Part shown: one piece after another, positions 24,324 through 34,370 of the stretch
Layout of the letters: the number at the start of each line of letters is the position of its first letter
Numbering within the stretch: position 1 is the stretch's first letter
DNA from: Spirochaetota bacterium
GTDB taxonomy: Bacteria; Spirochaetota; Brevinematia; DTOW01
Assembly: GCA_025061835.1 (NCBI GenBank)
Contig: JANXAC010000001.1
Location: forward strand, 76,684-140,683
Direction: 5' to 3'
Length of the DNA stretch: 64,000 bases
The notes under the pieces: model-generated
The model's database searches: none
What the model saw: only the letters and a program-made list of their open reading frames with translations
Told to the model about the DNA's origin: nothing
Translations under genes and position numbers: made by a program

Positions 24324-27300
24324 ATGCCAGTGTTCCTTAAGAAAATAGAACTTTTTGGGTTCAAGTCTTTTCCAGATAGATGTAAGTTAGAATTTAAGTC
24401 GCCTATCACTGCTATAGTAGGACCAAACGGTAGTGGCAAAAGTAATCTGATTGACGCTGTAAGATGGGTTTTGGGGGAGAATAGTATAAAAACGTTAAGA
24501 GGGGATAATTTTGAGGATATTCTATTTTCAGGTTCCCAATACAGACAATCAATGAGTGTTGCTGAAGTTATGTTGTCCTTTGACAACTCTTCAAGAATTC
24601 TGAACATTCCTTCTGACGAAGTGGAAATCCTAAAAAGATACTACAGGTCTGGTGAGGGTAAGATATTCATAAACAGACAAGAAGTAAGAGTTAAGGATGT
24701 TGTGAGCCTTTTTCTGGGAACAGGTTTTGGTAAAGAAGGATATTCCATCGTAGGTCAGGGTGAAGTTGATAAACTAGTAGTAGGAACCCCTCAGGATAAA
24801 AGAAATTATATTGACGAACTACTAGGACTTAGTAAAGTTAAATTCAAAAAGAAAGAAGCAGAACGAAGATTGAACGATATTAGATCTCACATTGAAACAC
24901 TAACAGTAAGACTAGAAACATCAGAAAGGGAATACTCAAGACTAAAAAACGAGGTTGAAAAACTCGGTTTATACAGACAGTTATCTAGGGAACTTGAACA
25001 CCTTGATAAGATACTACTATCAACTAAGGTTAGAGATTATGATGAAGAGTTAAGAAGACTCAATTATGAAAAAAGTTTGATAGAGAAAGAGATACAAGAA
25101 AAAATTAAAATAAAAGAAGAAATAGTCAAATCTCTTGATCTTATTGATAGAACAATTATTCAGGAAAATCTAACTCTATCAAACGACAGAGATATTCTAA
25201 ACCAACTTGAAAAGGATTTGAAAAACAAAGAAATGGATAAGAAATCTCTTGAAGGAAGTTTGGAAACTTCAAAGAGGACTATAACTATACTATCATCTTT
25301 AGTAGAAAAAGAACTTTTAAGAAAAGAAGAACTCATCAGAGAGAAGGATAGACTAGATAATAGTATTCTAGAAATTACTAATAGGATACGGGAAATTGAC
25401 AAAGAGATAGAAAGATTTTCATCTAGTATTACGGAAGTTGAGGTTAATAAGAGAGAACTTGAGAAGAAGAAATACGAGATTAACTCAAAACTTACTATTC
25501 TAAAGGAAGTGTTAAAAGATGTTGAAAGTCTAGAAAATCAACTGATGTGGGCTATCTCAAGACTAGACGAGATAAAAACTTCAATAGAAGAAGCATTTAA
25601 CTACATTTCAAAACTAAATCAAGAAGTAGATAGTAATAAACAAAACATTGATCTTCTAACTAGTGAGATAGTTTCATTAAAGGAAGAACAAAACCAAATA
25701 TCTATGGATATATTAAACACTTCCAACACGATAAAGGATATAGAAAATAATATCCTAAAACTTCAGTCTGTAATTAAGGAATTAACGGTAGAATCGGAAA
25801 AAATGTTTCAAGAATTTTCAAAGAGCATAAGCAGTAGTGCTTTAAAGATTGGTGAATTCATATCTAAGGTTGAAACAACATCGGAGAAAATATGTACTAT
25901 CTGTGATAGTATTCTTAACTCTCCACTAGATACACAGGTTGTCAAAGATCATATCGTAAGTATAAAGAATATGTCTCAAAATCTGAATAACGATATAAAG
26001 ACACTTCCATACCTATCAAGTGCAACAGAGTTTATATCAAAAAAGATAGAAATTGACAGCAAAATTCTAGAATTAAGAAACAACATAGATAACCTGATGC
26101 TTGAATTAGACGTCTGGAAAGATAAACTATCTAAACTCAGAGAAACACAAAGAGAAATAAACTTCCTAATATCTTCTAAAGAAAGTGAGTTTGTGAATTT
26201 TGAGAAGGTAATTAATGAACTTTCAAACCAAATAAAGTTCCAAAGCAAAAGACTTGATAAACTTGAAAGTGAGAAAATAGATTTGGAAACAACAATTAGG
26301 AATATTGAAGACAAGGTCAATAACCTTATTCAGGTAATGAATAGCTTTGGTGTAGGTCTAGACTTCCAAACTTCTAACCTTCGCAGAATTGACGAATACA
26401 GTAGTTTGTTTCAAAGGCTCAAAGAAACTATTAAACTGTTGTTAGAGAGTATAGACTTATCTAATATTGAGGATGAAATACGAAAAGTTGACATACTCCT
26501 GTCGGACCAGAAGAGATATCGTATGGACCTTGAGGCACAAAGAACGATACTACTGTCTGATATAAAGTCTTCACGGAACAGAATAGATGAGATATTAAAA
26601 GAGATTGCTAAAATTGACGATTTCGTCCATAATAAAAAAGCTGAAATGGAAAGAGAGGAAGAAAATATTTGTAACGCTAATATTAACTTGACTTCCCTCA
26701 AATCAATCTTAGATGAGATTTCTACAAAAAGAGATGAACTACTTAAGGTTGTATCTGAAAGGACACACAGGCTCAAAGAATTGAATCAAGAGTATAAAAA
26801 CCTTTTAAGTGAGAAAGACAAAATATCTAGTGAGTTGAGTAGTCTTGAAAAAGGGTTGTTCCAGTTAGACGAGAAAATAGCAGTTTTGAAGAACAGTATT
26901 GAAAACATTAACTCTCAGTGTCTAGAAAGGTATGGTTTAAGTGTTAACGAAATACCAAAGGAAGTTCAAAACAGTGTTGATGGTATGGATATCGACAAAC
27001 TTTCAAAAAGAGTTTCACATTTACGGTCGGAGATTAGGAGGATAGGTTTTGTTGATGAGAATGCTGAAGGTGAGTTTAACAAGGTTAAGGATGAATATGA
27101 GAGGTTGAAATCAAGTTTTGACGATGTGCTTCAGAGTAAGGAGAAACTTGAAAGTATAATAAGTGAGATAAATCTAGAGATTGAAAGAATAGTATCGGAA
27201 TCACTTGACAGAATAAGTGAAGTGATAACTGAGATATTCAAGGAGGTTTTCGGAGGTGGTAGTGTTAAGGTTGATATACATAACGATGACCTTGTTGAAG

Positions 27301-27644
27301 GAGGAATTGAGATAAATGTTAGTTTGCCTGGTAAGAAAGTTAGAAACCTTATGTTACTTTCGGGTGGAGAGAAAGCATTAGTCGGTATAATATTCATCTT
27401 CTCTGCTCTCATACTTAACAATACACCTATTGTTATAATGGATGAAGTTGATGCTCCACTTGACGATGAAAATACTGAAAGGTTTAAAAAGCTCGTTCTA
27501 TCATTCAAAGACAAAACTCAATTCATTATAGTATCTCATAACAAATCTACAATAGAGATATGCCAAGACATATATGGTGTAACTATGGAGGAGAGGGGAG
27601 TATCAAAGATTGTGTCGTATAGGCTGCAGGATGTTATTTTATAA
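24324..27644 (+). CDS. smc: chromosome partition protein SMC
   Basis: N-terminal Walker A (GPNGSGKSN), a long coiled coil with central hinge, and a C-terminal signature motif (LSGGEKALVGIIFIFS) and Walker B (IVIMDEVDAPLD). GGGAGGGG Shine-Dalgarno upstream. Confidence 0.9.
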   Translation: MPVFLKKIELFGFKSFPDRCKLEFKSPITAIVGPNGSGKSNLIDAVRWVLGENSIKTLRGDNFEDILFSGSQYRQSMSVAEVMLSFDNSSRILNIPSDEVEILKRYYRSGEGKIFINRQEVRVKDVVSLFLGTGFGKEGYSIVGQGEVDKLVVGTPQDKRNYIDELLGLSKVKFKKKEAERRLNDIRSHIETLTVRLETSEREYSRLKNEVEKLGLYRQLSRELEHLDKILLSTKVRDYDEELRRLNYEKSLIEKEIQEKIKIKEEIVKSLDLIDRTIIQENLTLSNDRDILNQLEKDLKNKEMDKKSLEGSLETSKRTITILSSLVEKELLRKEELIREKDRLDNSILEITNRIREIDKEIERFSSSITEVEVNKRELEKKKYEINSKLTILKEVLKDVESLENQLMWAISRLDEIKTSIEEAFNYISKLNQEVDSNKQNIDLLTSEIVSLKEEQNQISMDILNTSNTIKDIENNILKLQSVIKELTVESEKMFQEFSKSISSSALKIGEFISKVETTSEKICTICDSILNSPLDTQVVKDHIVSIKNMSQNLNNDIKTLPYLSSATEFISKKIEIDSKILELRNNIDNLMLELDVWKDKLSKLRETQREINFLISSKESEFVNFEKVINELSNQIKFQSKRLDKLESEKIDLETTIRNIEDKVNNLIQVMNSFGVGLDFQTSNLRRIDEYSSLFQRLKETIKLLLESIDLSNIEDEIRKVDILLSDQKRYRMDLEAQRTILLSDIKSSRNRIDEILKEIAKIDDFVHNKKAEMEREEENICNANINLTSLKSILDEISTKRDELLKVVSERTHRLKELNQEYKNLLSEKDKISSELSSLEKGLFQLDEKIAVLKNSIENINSQCLERYGLSVNEIPKEVQNSVDGMDIDKLSKRVSHLRSEIRRIGFVDENAEGEFNKVKDEYERLKSSFDDVLQSKEKLESIISEINLEIERIVSESLDRISEVITEIFKEVFGGGSVKVDIHNDDLVEGGIEINVSLPGKKVRNLMLLSGGEKALVGIIFIFSALILNNTPIVIMDEVDAPLDDENTERFKKLVLSFKDKTQFIIVSHNKSTIEICQDIYGVTMEERGVSKIVSYRLQDVIL

Positions 27645-28007
27645 AACACTAGATAAAGATTTAATCAACTTACGACTAATAAAGTCTAAAATTCTCAACT
27701 AGGGTGAGGGTTTTCTTTGGATTATTAGTTTGTAAGAGAGTTTGGTAAAAGTTAATATGAAAGAACTTCTTCTTTCCCCGTAAAATAAAGGCAAAGCTAG
27801 GAACAAATAACAAACACAAAAACTACAAATCACTTTATCAAAGACTCTCTACAAGGAGGGTTCAGAATTGACTGAATAAGTTATGAAAACAAGTTATTAA
27901 GAATGCTCTTCAACAAAAAATACCAACTCTTGACCAAACTTCAGTGTAATTTTGTTTGAAATGGTATTTAGTTTTACTTCATAATTTAAAGATGAGGTGA
28001 TAAAATT

Positions 28008-28556
28008 ATGACCTTATCTATAAAAGGATTCATAAGAGACAATCTAGGTAAGGAGAGTTCATCAAAGATAAGAAAGAAAGGTTTTTTACCAGCAGTTATT
28101 TATGGCAAGGGAATTGAAAAAAATATTCATATTTACTTGGATCAACATGAGTTTGAAAAACTGCTACACAAGACTGGTAGAAATAAAATTTTTGAGGTTG
28201 AATTAAATAACGGGAGCAAGTTTAATGTATTCGTTAAAGATTTGCAGATACATCCGTTAAACAGAAACATAATACATGCTGACCTTCAGAGTGTAAATAA
28301 GGATGAAGAAGTTGTAGTTAGTGTCCCAATAGAGTTTGTAGGAGTCTCAAAAGGCACTAGAGTAGGAGGTGTGTTTAGGAAATCACTTTGGTCTCTCAAG
28401 ATAAAAGTCAAGGCAAACCAGATACCTGAAACCATAAAGATAGATGTTTCAGACCTTGACATAGGTGATACTATTGTAGTTTATAAAGTCAAAGATAAGA
28501 TTCCTTACAAGATAGTCAATCATGATAATACCATAATAGCAGGTGTTTATAGTTAA
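28008..28556 (+). CDS. rplY: 50S ribosomal protein L25 / general stress protein Ctc
   Basis: L25 N-terminal motif (RKKGFLPAVIYG) and conserved ctc-pth gene order. Confidence 0.8.
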   Translation: MTLSIKGFIRDNLGKESSSKIRKKGFLPAVIYGKGIEKNIHIYLDQHEFEKLLHKTGRNKIFEVELNNGSKFNVFVKDLQIHPLNRNIIHADLQSVNKDEEVVVSVPIEFVGVSKGTRVGGVFRKSLWSLKIKVKANQIPETIKIDVSDLDIGDTIVVYKVKDKIPYKIVNHDNTIIAGVYS

Positions 28557-28593
28557 TTTTATACGATACTTTTTGTATGTTTGAGGGGTAACT

Positions 28594-29235
28594 ATGGCTA
28601 AAAGTTATGCTAAGCTTATAGTTGGGCTTGGAAATATAGGATCGCAATACACTTACACTAGACATAATATTGGTTTTATGGCTATTGATGTCCTTGCGAA
28701 GGAGTATAATGTCAAGTTTGATATAAAGAAGAAGAAAAGTGCTTTAGGTATTGCTAAAATAGGTGATAAGAAGGTAGCACTTCTCAAACCTCAAACATAT
28801 ATGAATATAAGCGGTGAGCCAGTGCTATATACTGCTAGTTTTCTGAAGATACCTCCAGAAGATATAATAGTTGTTTGCGATGATGTATCACTACAGGTAG
28901 GGAAGATAAGAATAAGGAAAGAAGGATCTAGCGGAGGTCACAATGGTCTAAAGTCAGTAGCATATTATCTCAAGACAGACCTCTTCCCGAGGATACGAAT
29001 AGGCATAGGCGAACCTCCTGAATATGTTCCACTTGAGAACTGGGTTCTTTCAAACATAACACTGAAAGAATACCAAATCTTGAGTAAAACCTTAAAGGTG
29101 TTTAAGAAAGTTGTTGAGGTTATACTTTTTGAAGGCATAGACTCTGCTATGAACAAGTTCAATGGACTAGAGCCAGAGGATTATGAGGATATACTAGAAT
29201 CATCTGACTTATTCTCCTTCAATCTGGAGGATTAG
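28594..29235 (+). CDS. pth: peptidyl-tRNA hydrolase
   Basis: Motifs LIVGLGNIGSQYTYTRHNIGF and GGHNGLKS. Carries a C-terminal extension of about 25 aa relative to typical Pth. Confidence 0.85.
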   Translation: MAKSYAKLIVGLGNIGSQYTYTRHNIGFMAIDVLAKEYNVKFDIKKKKSALGIAKIGDKKVALLKPQTYMNISGEPVLYTASFLKIPPEDIIVVCDDVSLQVGKIRIRKEGSSGGHNGLKSVAYYLKTDLFPRIRIGIGEPPEYVPLENWVLSNITLKEYQILSKTLKVFKKVVEVILFEGIDSAMNKFNGLEPEDYEDILESSDLFSFNLED

Positions 29236-29236
29236 T

Positions 29237-30076
29237 TTGGTTGATAGGTTGGCTATTGCAGGTCTAGGACTGATAGGTGGTAGTATAGCAATAGCAGTCA
29301 AGAATAAGTATCCTAACTCAAAAATTGTAGGAATAACAAGAAACATTGAGAGTGTAAGAAAGAACAACTTTTCCAAATATTTTGACTTACTTCTTGATTA
29401 TTCAGAACTTGTAGAAACGAGAAACATTGATTTTTGTGTGATATGCTCTCCTGTGTCAACAATACCAGAAGTTTTTAGAACCCTTAAGTCGTATTTTGGA
29501 GTTAGAACAATATTTACAGATGTTGGAAGCGTAAAAGAATGGATCGTAAAAGAGATAAATGATACCAGTTTCATAGGCTCTCACCCGATGGCAGGTAGCG
29601 AAAAATCAGGAATTGAAAATGCTGACCCAAACATATTCTTAAACGCAACATGCGTTGTAACTCCCAAGAATAACTCCGAAGAACAGATAAAAATAGTGTC
29701 TGAATTTTGGAATAACCTAGATATGAACGTCATCTTACTATCTCCTGAAGTTCACGACAAGATCGTATCTCAAACGAGTCATCTAGTACATCTAGTGTCA
29801 TTTGCATTGTCAAAACTACTCTCGCAATCTGAGTTTTCCAAAGACATGTTTTATGGAATATTTGGAAAAGGGCTTATAGATACAACCAGAGTATCCAAAA
29901 GTGATCCTCATCTGTGGATTGATATATTCAAAAGAAATAAGAATAATTTAATAGATGCACTTGAGGATTTCATATCCGTGATCCGAACATTTAGAGACTA
30001 TGTAAAAGTAGAGAACTGGGATACTTTACTAGAGAGCCTTATGAAAGCCAAAAATTTCAGAGATAGTATTAAATGA
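29237..30076 (+). CDS. tyrA: prephenate/arogenate dehydrogenase
   Basis: Rossmann motif (IAGLGLIGGSIA) and the TyrA catalytic region (GSHPMAGSEKSG). TTG start codon preceded by GGAGGA. Confidence 0.7.
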   Translation: MVDRLAIAGLGLIGGSIAIAVKNKYPNSKIVGITRNIESVRKNNFSKYFDLLLDYSELVETRNIDFCVICSPVSTIPEVFRTLKSYFGVRTIFTDVGSVKEWIVKEINDTSFIGSHPMAGSEKSGIENADPNIFLNATCVVTPKNNSEEQIKIVSEFWNNLDMNVILLSPEVHDKIVSQTSHLVHLVSFALSKLLSQSEFSKDMFYGIFGKGLIDTTRVSKSDPHLWIDIFKRNKNNLIDALEDFISVIRTFRDYVKVENWDTLLESLMKAKNFRDSIK

Positions 30077-31016
30077 AGCCTATCTCCAGTAGTTCTGGTG
30101 ATCTAGTCTTTATTATCTCTTTCATTCTATCAATAGCTCTACTTTCAATCTGTCTAACTCTCTCTTTAGTGAAACCCATTATCTCACCAATCTCTTTTAG
30201 AGAGTATGGCTTTCCGTAGAAACCAAACCTATATTTTATTACTTCTCTTTCTTTTTCAGGTAGTGCCTCAACTATACTTCGTATCTCCTCGGATAAAGCA
30301 TTTCTCATAATAGTCTTCTCTGGATGTTCAACAGTTTGGTTCTCTATATTAAGAATATCACCATAAGTTGCCTCGTTGTCGTCAAACACATTATCATCAA
30401 AAGAAACATAACTTTTGCTTTTTCTGTTCAGCAATATTTGAACATCCTTTTCCTTTATGTTGAGTTCCTTTGATATAGTTTCAACAGATGGTTGAGATCC
30501 ATTCTTCATCTCGTATTCTTTTATAAACTTTTCTATCTTCAGTAACTCATTCGTCCTATTCATAGGGAATCTAACAAGTCTAGACCTTTCTGATATGTAT
30601 TTGAGTATTGACTGCTTTATCCACCAAACTGCGTAGGATATAAAGTGTAGTCCTCTTCTGTAATCAAACTTATCAACAGCAACTATGAGTCCAACATTAC
30701 CCTCACTGATAAGATCAGCAATTGGAATACCGGTATTTATATAACTTTTAGCAACACTTACAACAAACCTTAAATTAGAAAGTATAAGTTTTGCTCTTGC
30801 TTCCTTGTCTCCTTCTGAAGCCCTCTTAGCAAGTTCTATCTCCTCCTCCCTTTTGAGAAGCGGAAACTTTTCAACCGCTTTAAAGTATTTCAAAACAACA
30901 TTTTCACTGTTTGCGCTGCTGTGTCTAGCTTCTTCTAAGATATTGGTTAAATCCTCTTGGATCTTTACAGGATCTTCCGATCCAAAAAAGTTATCCTTAA
31001 TCTTATCTTTTGACAT
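30069..31016 (-). CDS. RNA polymerase sigma-70 family factor (RpoD/SigA-like, lacks region 1.1)
   Basis: Region 2 (DLISEGNVGLIVAVDKFDYRRGLHFISYAVWWIKQSI), region 3, and a region 4 HTH (SLKEIGEIMGFTKERVRQIESRA). Confidence 0.75.
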   Translation of the reverse strand: MSKDKIKDNFFGSEDPVKIQEDLTNILEEARHSSANSENVVLKYFKAVEKFPLLKREEEIELAKRASEGDKEARAKLILSNLRFVVSVAKSYINTGIPIADLISEGNVGLIVAVDKFDYRRGLHFISYAVWWIKQSILKYISERSRLVRFPMNRTNELLKIEKFIKEYEMKNGSQPSVETISKELNIKEKDVQILLNRKSKSYVSFDDNVFDDNEATYGDILNIENQTVEHPEKTIMRNALSEEIRSIVEALPEKEREVIKYRFGFYGKPYSLKEIGEIMGFTKERVRQIESRAIDRMKEIIKTRSPELLEIGFI

Positions 31017-31203
31017 AAAGTCCCTCTTTTATCTTCAATATATACAAATACTGTGCCAAGTTTTCAGTCAATCTTCCTAAATACATTTGTAAATACCTAT
31101 CCAATATTTCGCTCAAAAAAACAAGTCAGTTTAAATTGTATAAAAAATATCCATATATGATGGATAAAAATTATACATATAGAAGAAACTACTAATTAAG
31201 TAT

Positions 31204-32940
31204 CTATGAGTATTTAAACTGATTGGTAATAGGATATCGTCTGTCTTTACCAAATGATCTAGGTGTTATTTTAGTCCCTATTGGTGCTTGACGGCGTTTA
31301 TATTCGTTTTTATCTACTACTTCTATAACATGCTTAATGAGTTTTATGTCAATACCAGTTTCTTCCGAGATTTCAGTAGGTGATTGTTCAGCCTCTAGGT
31401 ATCTTTTCAGAATTTTATCCAACATATGATATGGTGGGAGAGTGTCTTCATCTTTTTGGTTTTCTCTAAGTTCTGCGGTTGGTGGGCGCTCTATTATACT
31501 TCTAGGTATTATATCAAAACCCTCTTTTCTATTTATATACTCAACTAATCTATAAACTGTAGTTTTGTAGATATCTTTTATCAGTGCAAATCCTCCTACC
31601 ATATCCCCGTATAGTGTTGAGTATCCCATGCTTAACTCACTTTTGTTCCCAGTTGATACTACAAGCCATCCAAACTTATTTGACAGTGCCATCAGGATAT
31701 TACCTCTAATTCTTGCTTGAAGGTTCTCTTCAGTTATATCCCAAGGCTTATCTTCAAATGAAGTCTGTAGTTCCGAGAGGTATGATTTAAAAATATTCTC
31801 AATTGACAGTTCAATGTATCTTATACCTAGATTTTCACAAACCTTCTTCGCATCATTTCTTGTCCCTTCTGAAGAAAATCTTGATGGCATACTTACACCA
31901 ATAACATTATCTTTACCTAGCGCCTTAGCGCATAGGTAAGCAACTAGAGCAGAATCAATACCTCCACTAACACCTAAAACAACTTTACAAAAGTTATTCT
32001 TTGAAACATAATCTTTTATACTCAACAGCAGTGCTTGAATTATTTCTTCTTCCTCTGGTTGTTCTTCATGCTTAAAATAGAAGTATTTCCTATCTGTATT
32101 ATTCTTCAGTTTGTAGTCAAGAAGTATGTATTCGACATCATATGTTTGTCTATATCTCTCTGTTAGGAACCTATACCTTGGGTCTAATAGTCTTCTAGAT
32201 GTCATTTCTTCACTTTGAATATCCACTACTACCAGGTCTTCTTCAAAGGATTTAGCCTTCACTAATATGTTGCCATCCGGTGATATTACTAGGCTATTTC
32301 CATCAAATACTAGTTCATCCTGACCACCAACAAGATTTGTGTATGTCACTAAAACTCTATAGTCTCTCGCTCTGGTCTTCAGCATTTCAATTCTTTCATT
32401 TCCCTTTCTGATGTGGTAAGGAGAAGAAGATATATTCATAAGTATGTCGGCATAACCTTTTACGACTTCATCAAGTATTACACCTTCGGGATACCATATA
32501 TCTTCACAGATATTGATACCTATCTTTACTCTTCCCTCATCTACACCCACAACAAGCCCTTTGTTACCTTCACCAAAGTATCTTTTCTCATCAAAAACAC
32601 CATAGTTAGGTAACCTCGTTTTATTGTAAATGTATATCCTGCCGTTATAGACAATACCCGCTGAATTGTAGAGTATATCATTCTCAAGGTTAACGAAACC
32701 AAAGACTAGTATTATGTTTTTTACTTCCTCTTTCAATTTATCTACATACCCAAGTTGCAGATGTACAAAAGATCTGTTTGTAAGAAGATCCTCTGGTGGA
32801 TAACCAGTTAAGGATAACTCCGGAAACGAAACGATATCACATCCTTCATCTAACGCTTTGTTTGTGTAGGTAATAATCCTTTTGTAGTTATATTCAATAT
32901 TACCGACAATAGTATCTATTTGTGCTAATCCTATTCTCAT
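31204..32940 (-). CDS. nadE: glutamine-dependent NAD+ synthetase
   Basis: N-terminal CN-hydrolase (nitrilase) domain fused to an NAD-synthetase PP-loop (SGGIDSALVA). Confidence 0.85.
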   Translation of the reverse strand: MRIGLAQIDTIVGNIEYNYKRIITYTNKALDEGCDIVSFPELSLTGYPPEDLLTNRSFVHLQLGYVDKLKEEVKNIILVFGFVNLENDILYNSAGIVYNGRIYIYNKTRLPNYGVFDEKRYFGEGNKGLVVGVDEGRVKIGINICEDIWYPEGVILDEVVKGYADILMNISSSPYHIRKGNERIEMLKTRARDYRVLVTYTNLVGGQDELVFDGNSLVISPDGNILVKAKSFEEDLVVVDIQSEEMTSRRLLDPRYRFLTERYRQTYDVEYILLDYKLKNNTDRKYFYFKHEEQPEEEEIIQALLLSIKDYVSKNNFCKVVLGVSGGIDSALVAYLCAKALGKDNVIGVSMPSRFSSEGTRNDAKKVCENLGIRYIELSIENIFKSYLSELQTSFEDKPWDITEENLQARIRGNILMALSNKFGWLVVSTGNKSELSMGYSTLYGDMVGGFALIKDIYKTTVYRLVEYINRKEGFDIIPRSIIERPPTAELRENQKDEDTLPPYHMLDKILKRYLEAEQSPTEISEETGIDIKLIKHVIEVVDKNEYKRRQAPIGTKITPRSFGKDRRYPITNQFKYS

Positions 32941-33953
32941 AAGTGCTTTTTTAATTCTTCTAATACTCTCTTTTCAACTTCCTCAACACCTAGTGACAGA
33001 TCAAATGTAACACCAGATGCATTTTTATGTCCCCCACCACCAAGTTTCTTCGCTACCTCTGAAACATCAAAATTACCTTTGCTTCTTAAAGCAACTGATA
33101 TTAATCCTCTCTCTACCTTTTCCTTTATGGTGAAATACACAACACAATCCTTTATCCTACCTATATCCTCAACGACAGGTTCTGTTTCATTATCGGATAC
33201 ACCATACTTTTTCATCATCTCATTTGTTATTACAACCCAAACTATCTTGCTATCACAACACGCTTTGATATTCAGAAAGACTTCTCCCTCAAACTTTATG
33301 AAGTTCAGAGATTTGTTTTGGAACATTGCCATTGTGAAGAACGATGGTTTTATACCAGTCTTGAGTAATTCCGAAGCAATTATGTGTGTATACGGTCTAA
33401 CCGAATCAAACCTAAACGAACCACTATCACCTACAATAGCAGGATAGATAAGCATAGCAAGATCCTTATCTATCTCTACTCCTAGAGATTTTGCTATGTT
33501 ATACACTATTTCTCCAGTTCCGACTACTTCAAGTTCAACTAGATTGTAATCGCCAAACATATCGTTGTCATGATGGTGGTCTATATTTACAACTGTCTTA
33601 AATTGAGATATGAGTTTCTGAAAGGTTTTACCTATTCTTTTCTTCTCACCACTGTCAAGGACTACTAGAACATAGTTAGATAGATCTATATTATTCAGTT
33701 CTTCAACCCCCTTTATACTGTCCCAAGTTGGTATGAATGAGAATATCCTTTCAAAAACCTCTTTTCTCTCTTCGCTAACCACTAAAACTTCTTTTTTACC
33801 GAGTTTTTTGAGTATATAGGAGAGCGAGAGAGATGAACCAACAGCATCGTAGTCTGGATTTACGTGAAAGGTTATAACAAACTTATCTTCCTTTTTTAGT
33901 ATTTCCTTTATGTCTTCAATAGTCGAATTTGCGATCCTATCATTTACTATCAT
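32937..33953 (-). CDS. DHH/DHHA1 phosphoesterase (NrnA-like nanoRNase / pAp phosphatase)
   Basis: DHH motif NIDHHHDN and DHHA1 GGGGH. Overlaps nadE by 4 nt. Confidence 0.75.
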   Translation of the reverse strand: MIVNDRIANSTIEDIKEILKKEDKFVITFHVNPDYDAVGSSLSLSYILKKLGKKEVLVVSEERKEVFERIFSFIPTWDSIKGVEELNNIDLSNYVLVVLDSGEKKRIGKTFQKLISQFKTVVNIDHHHDNDMFGDYNLVELEVVGTGEIVYNIAKSLGVEIDKDLAMLIYPAIVGDSGSFRFDSVRPYTHIIASELLKTGIKPSFFTMAMFQNKSLNFIKFEGEVFLNIKACCDSKIVWVVITNEMMKKYGVSDNETEPVVEDIGRIKDCVVYFTIKEKVERGLISVALRSKGNFDVSEVAKKLGGGGHKNASGVTFDLSLGVEEVEKRVLEELKKHL

Positions 33954-34305
33954 ACTCTAAATCTCCTTTAACCTCTTTTAGTATTTCAAACACTTTCATA
34001 CTTTCGTCTAGGTTAATAAATTCAAAGAATATCTCTGGTGAATGGATTGTTTTCAAGGTTTTTGCTAAACTTCTTCTTATAAAGCTTTTTGCTTTTATAA
34101 GACTCCTTATACTGCTTTTTATATCTTCTTTTTCACTTGAAAAGATACTCAACTTTACTGTTGCATATTTTAGATCCTTTGATAACTCAACATCAAAAAC
34201 GCTTATAATACCTTTTACTCTCTCATCTCGGAGTTGAGAAATTATTTTTGAGATTTCGCTTTGTATGAAGGAAGATACTCTCTTTATTCGCAATTCTTTA
34301 GCCAT
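33940..34305 (-). CDS. rbfA: ribosome-binding factor A
   Basis: RbfA-like N-terminus (RIKRVSSFIQSEISKII). Start set at the internal MAKELRI; the ORF track extends to 34374. Confidence 0.65.
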   Translation of the reverse strand: MAKELRIKRVSSFIQSEISKIISQLRDERVKGIISVFDVELSKDLKYATVKLSIFSSEKEDIKSSIRSLIKAKSFIRRSLAKTLKTIHSPEIFFEFINLDESMKVFEILKEVKGDLEYDSK

Positions 34306-34370
34306 ACATAAAGGATTAATAATAGTAATAATAGTTTTCAATTTCAACCGAAGTTTGAAGAATTTCAATT

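Noticed and set aside
24302-27514. Minus-strand ORFs 24302..24607, 25160..25402, 25976..26320, 26411..26776 and 27131..27514.
   Set aside because: They are antisense to smc. Their low-complexity S/L/F-rich translations are the mirror image of the K/E-rich coiled coil. There is no independent start or RBS context.
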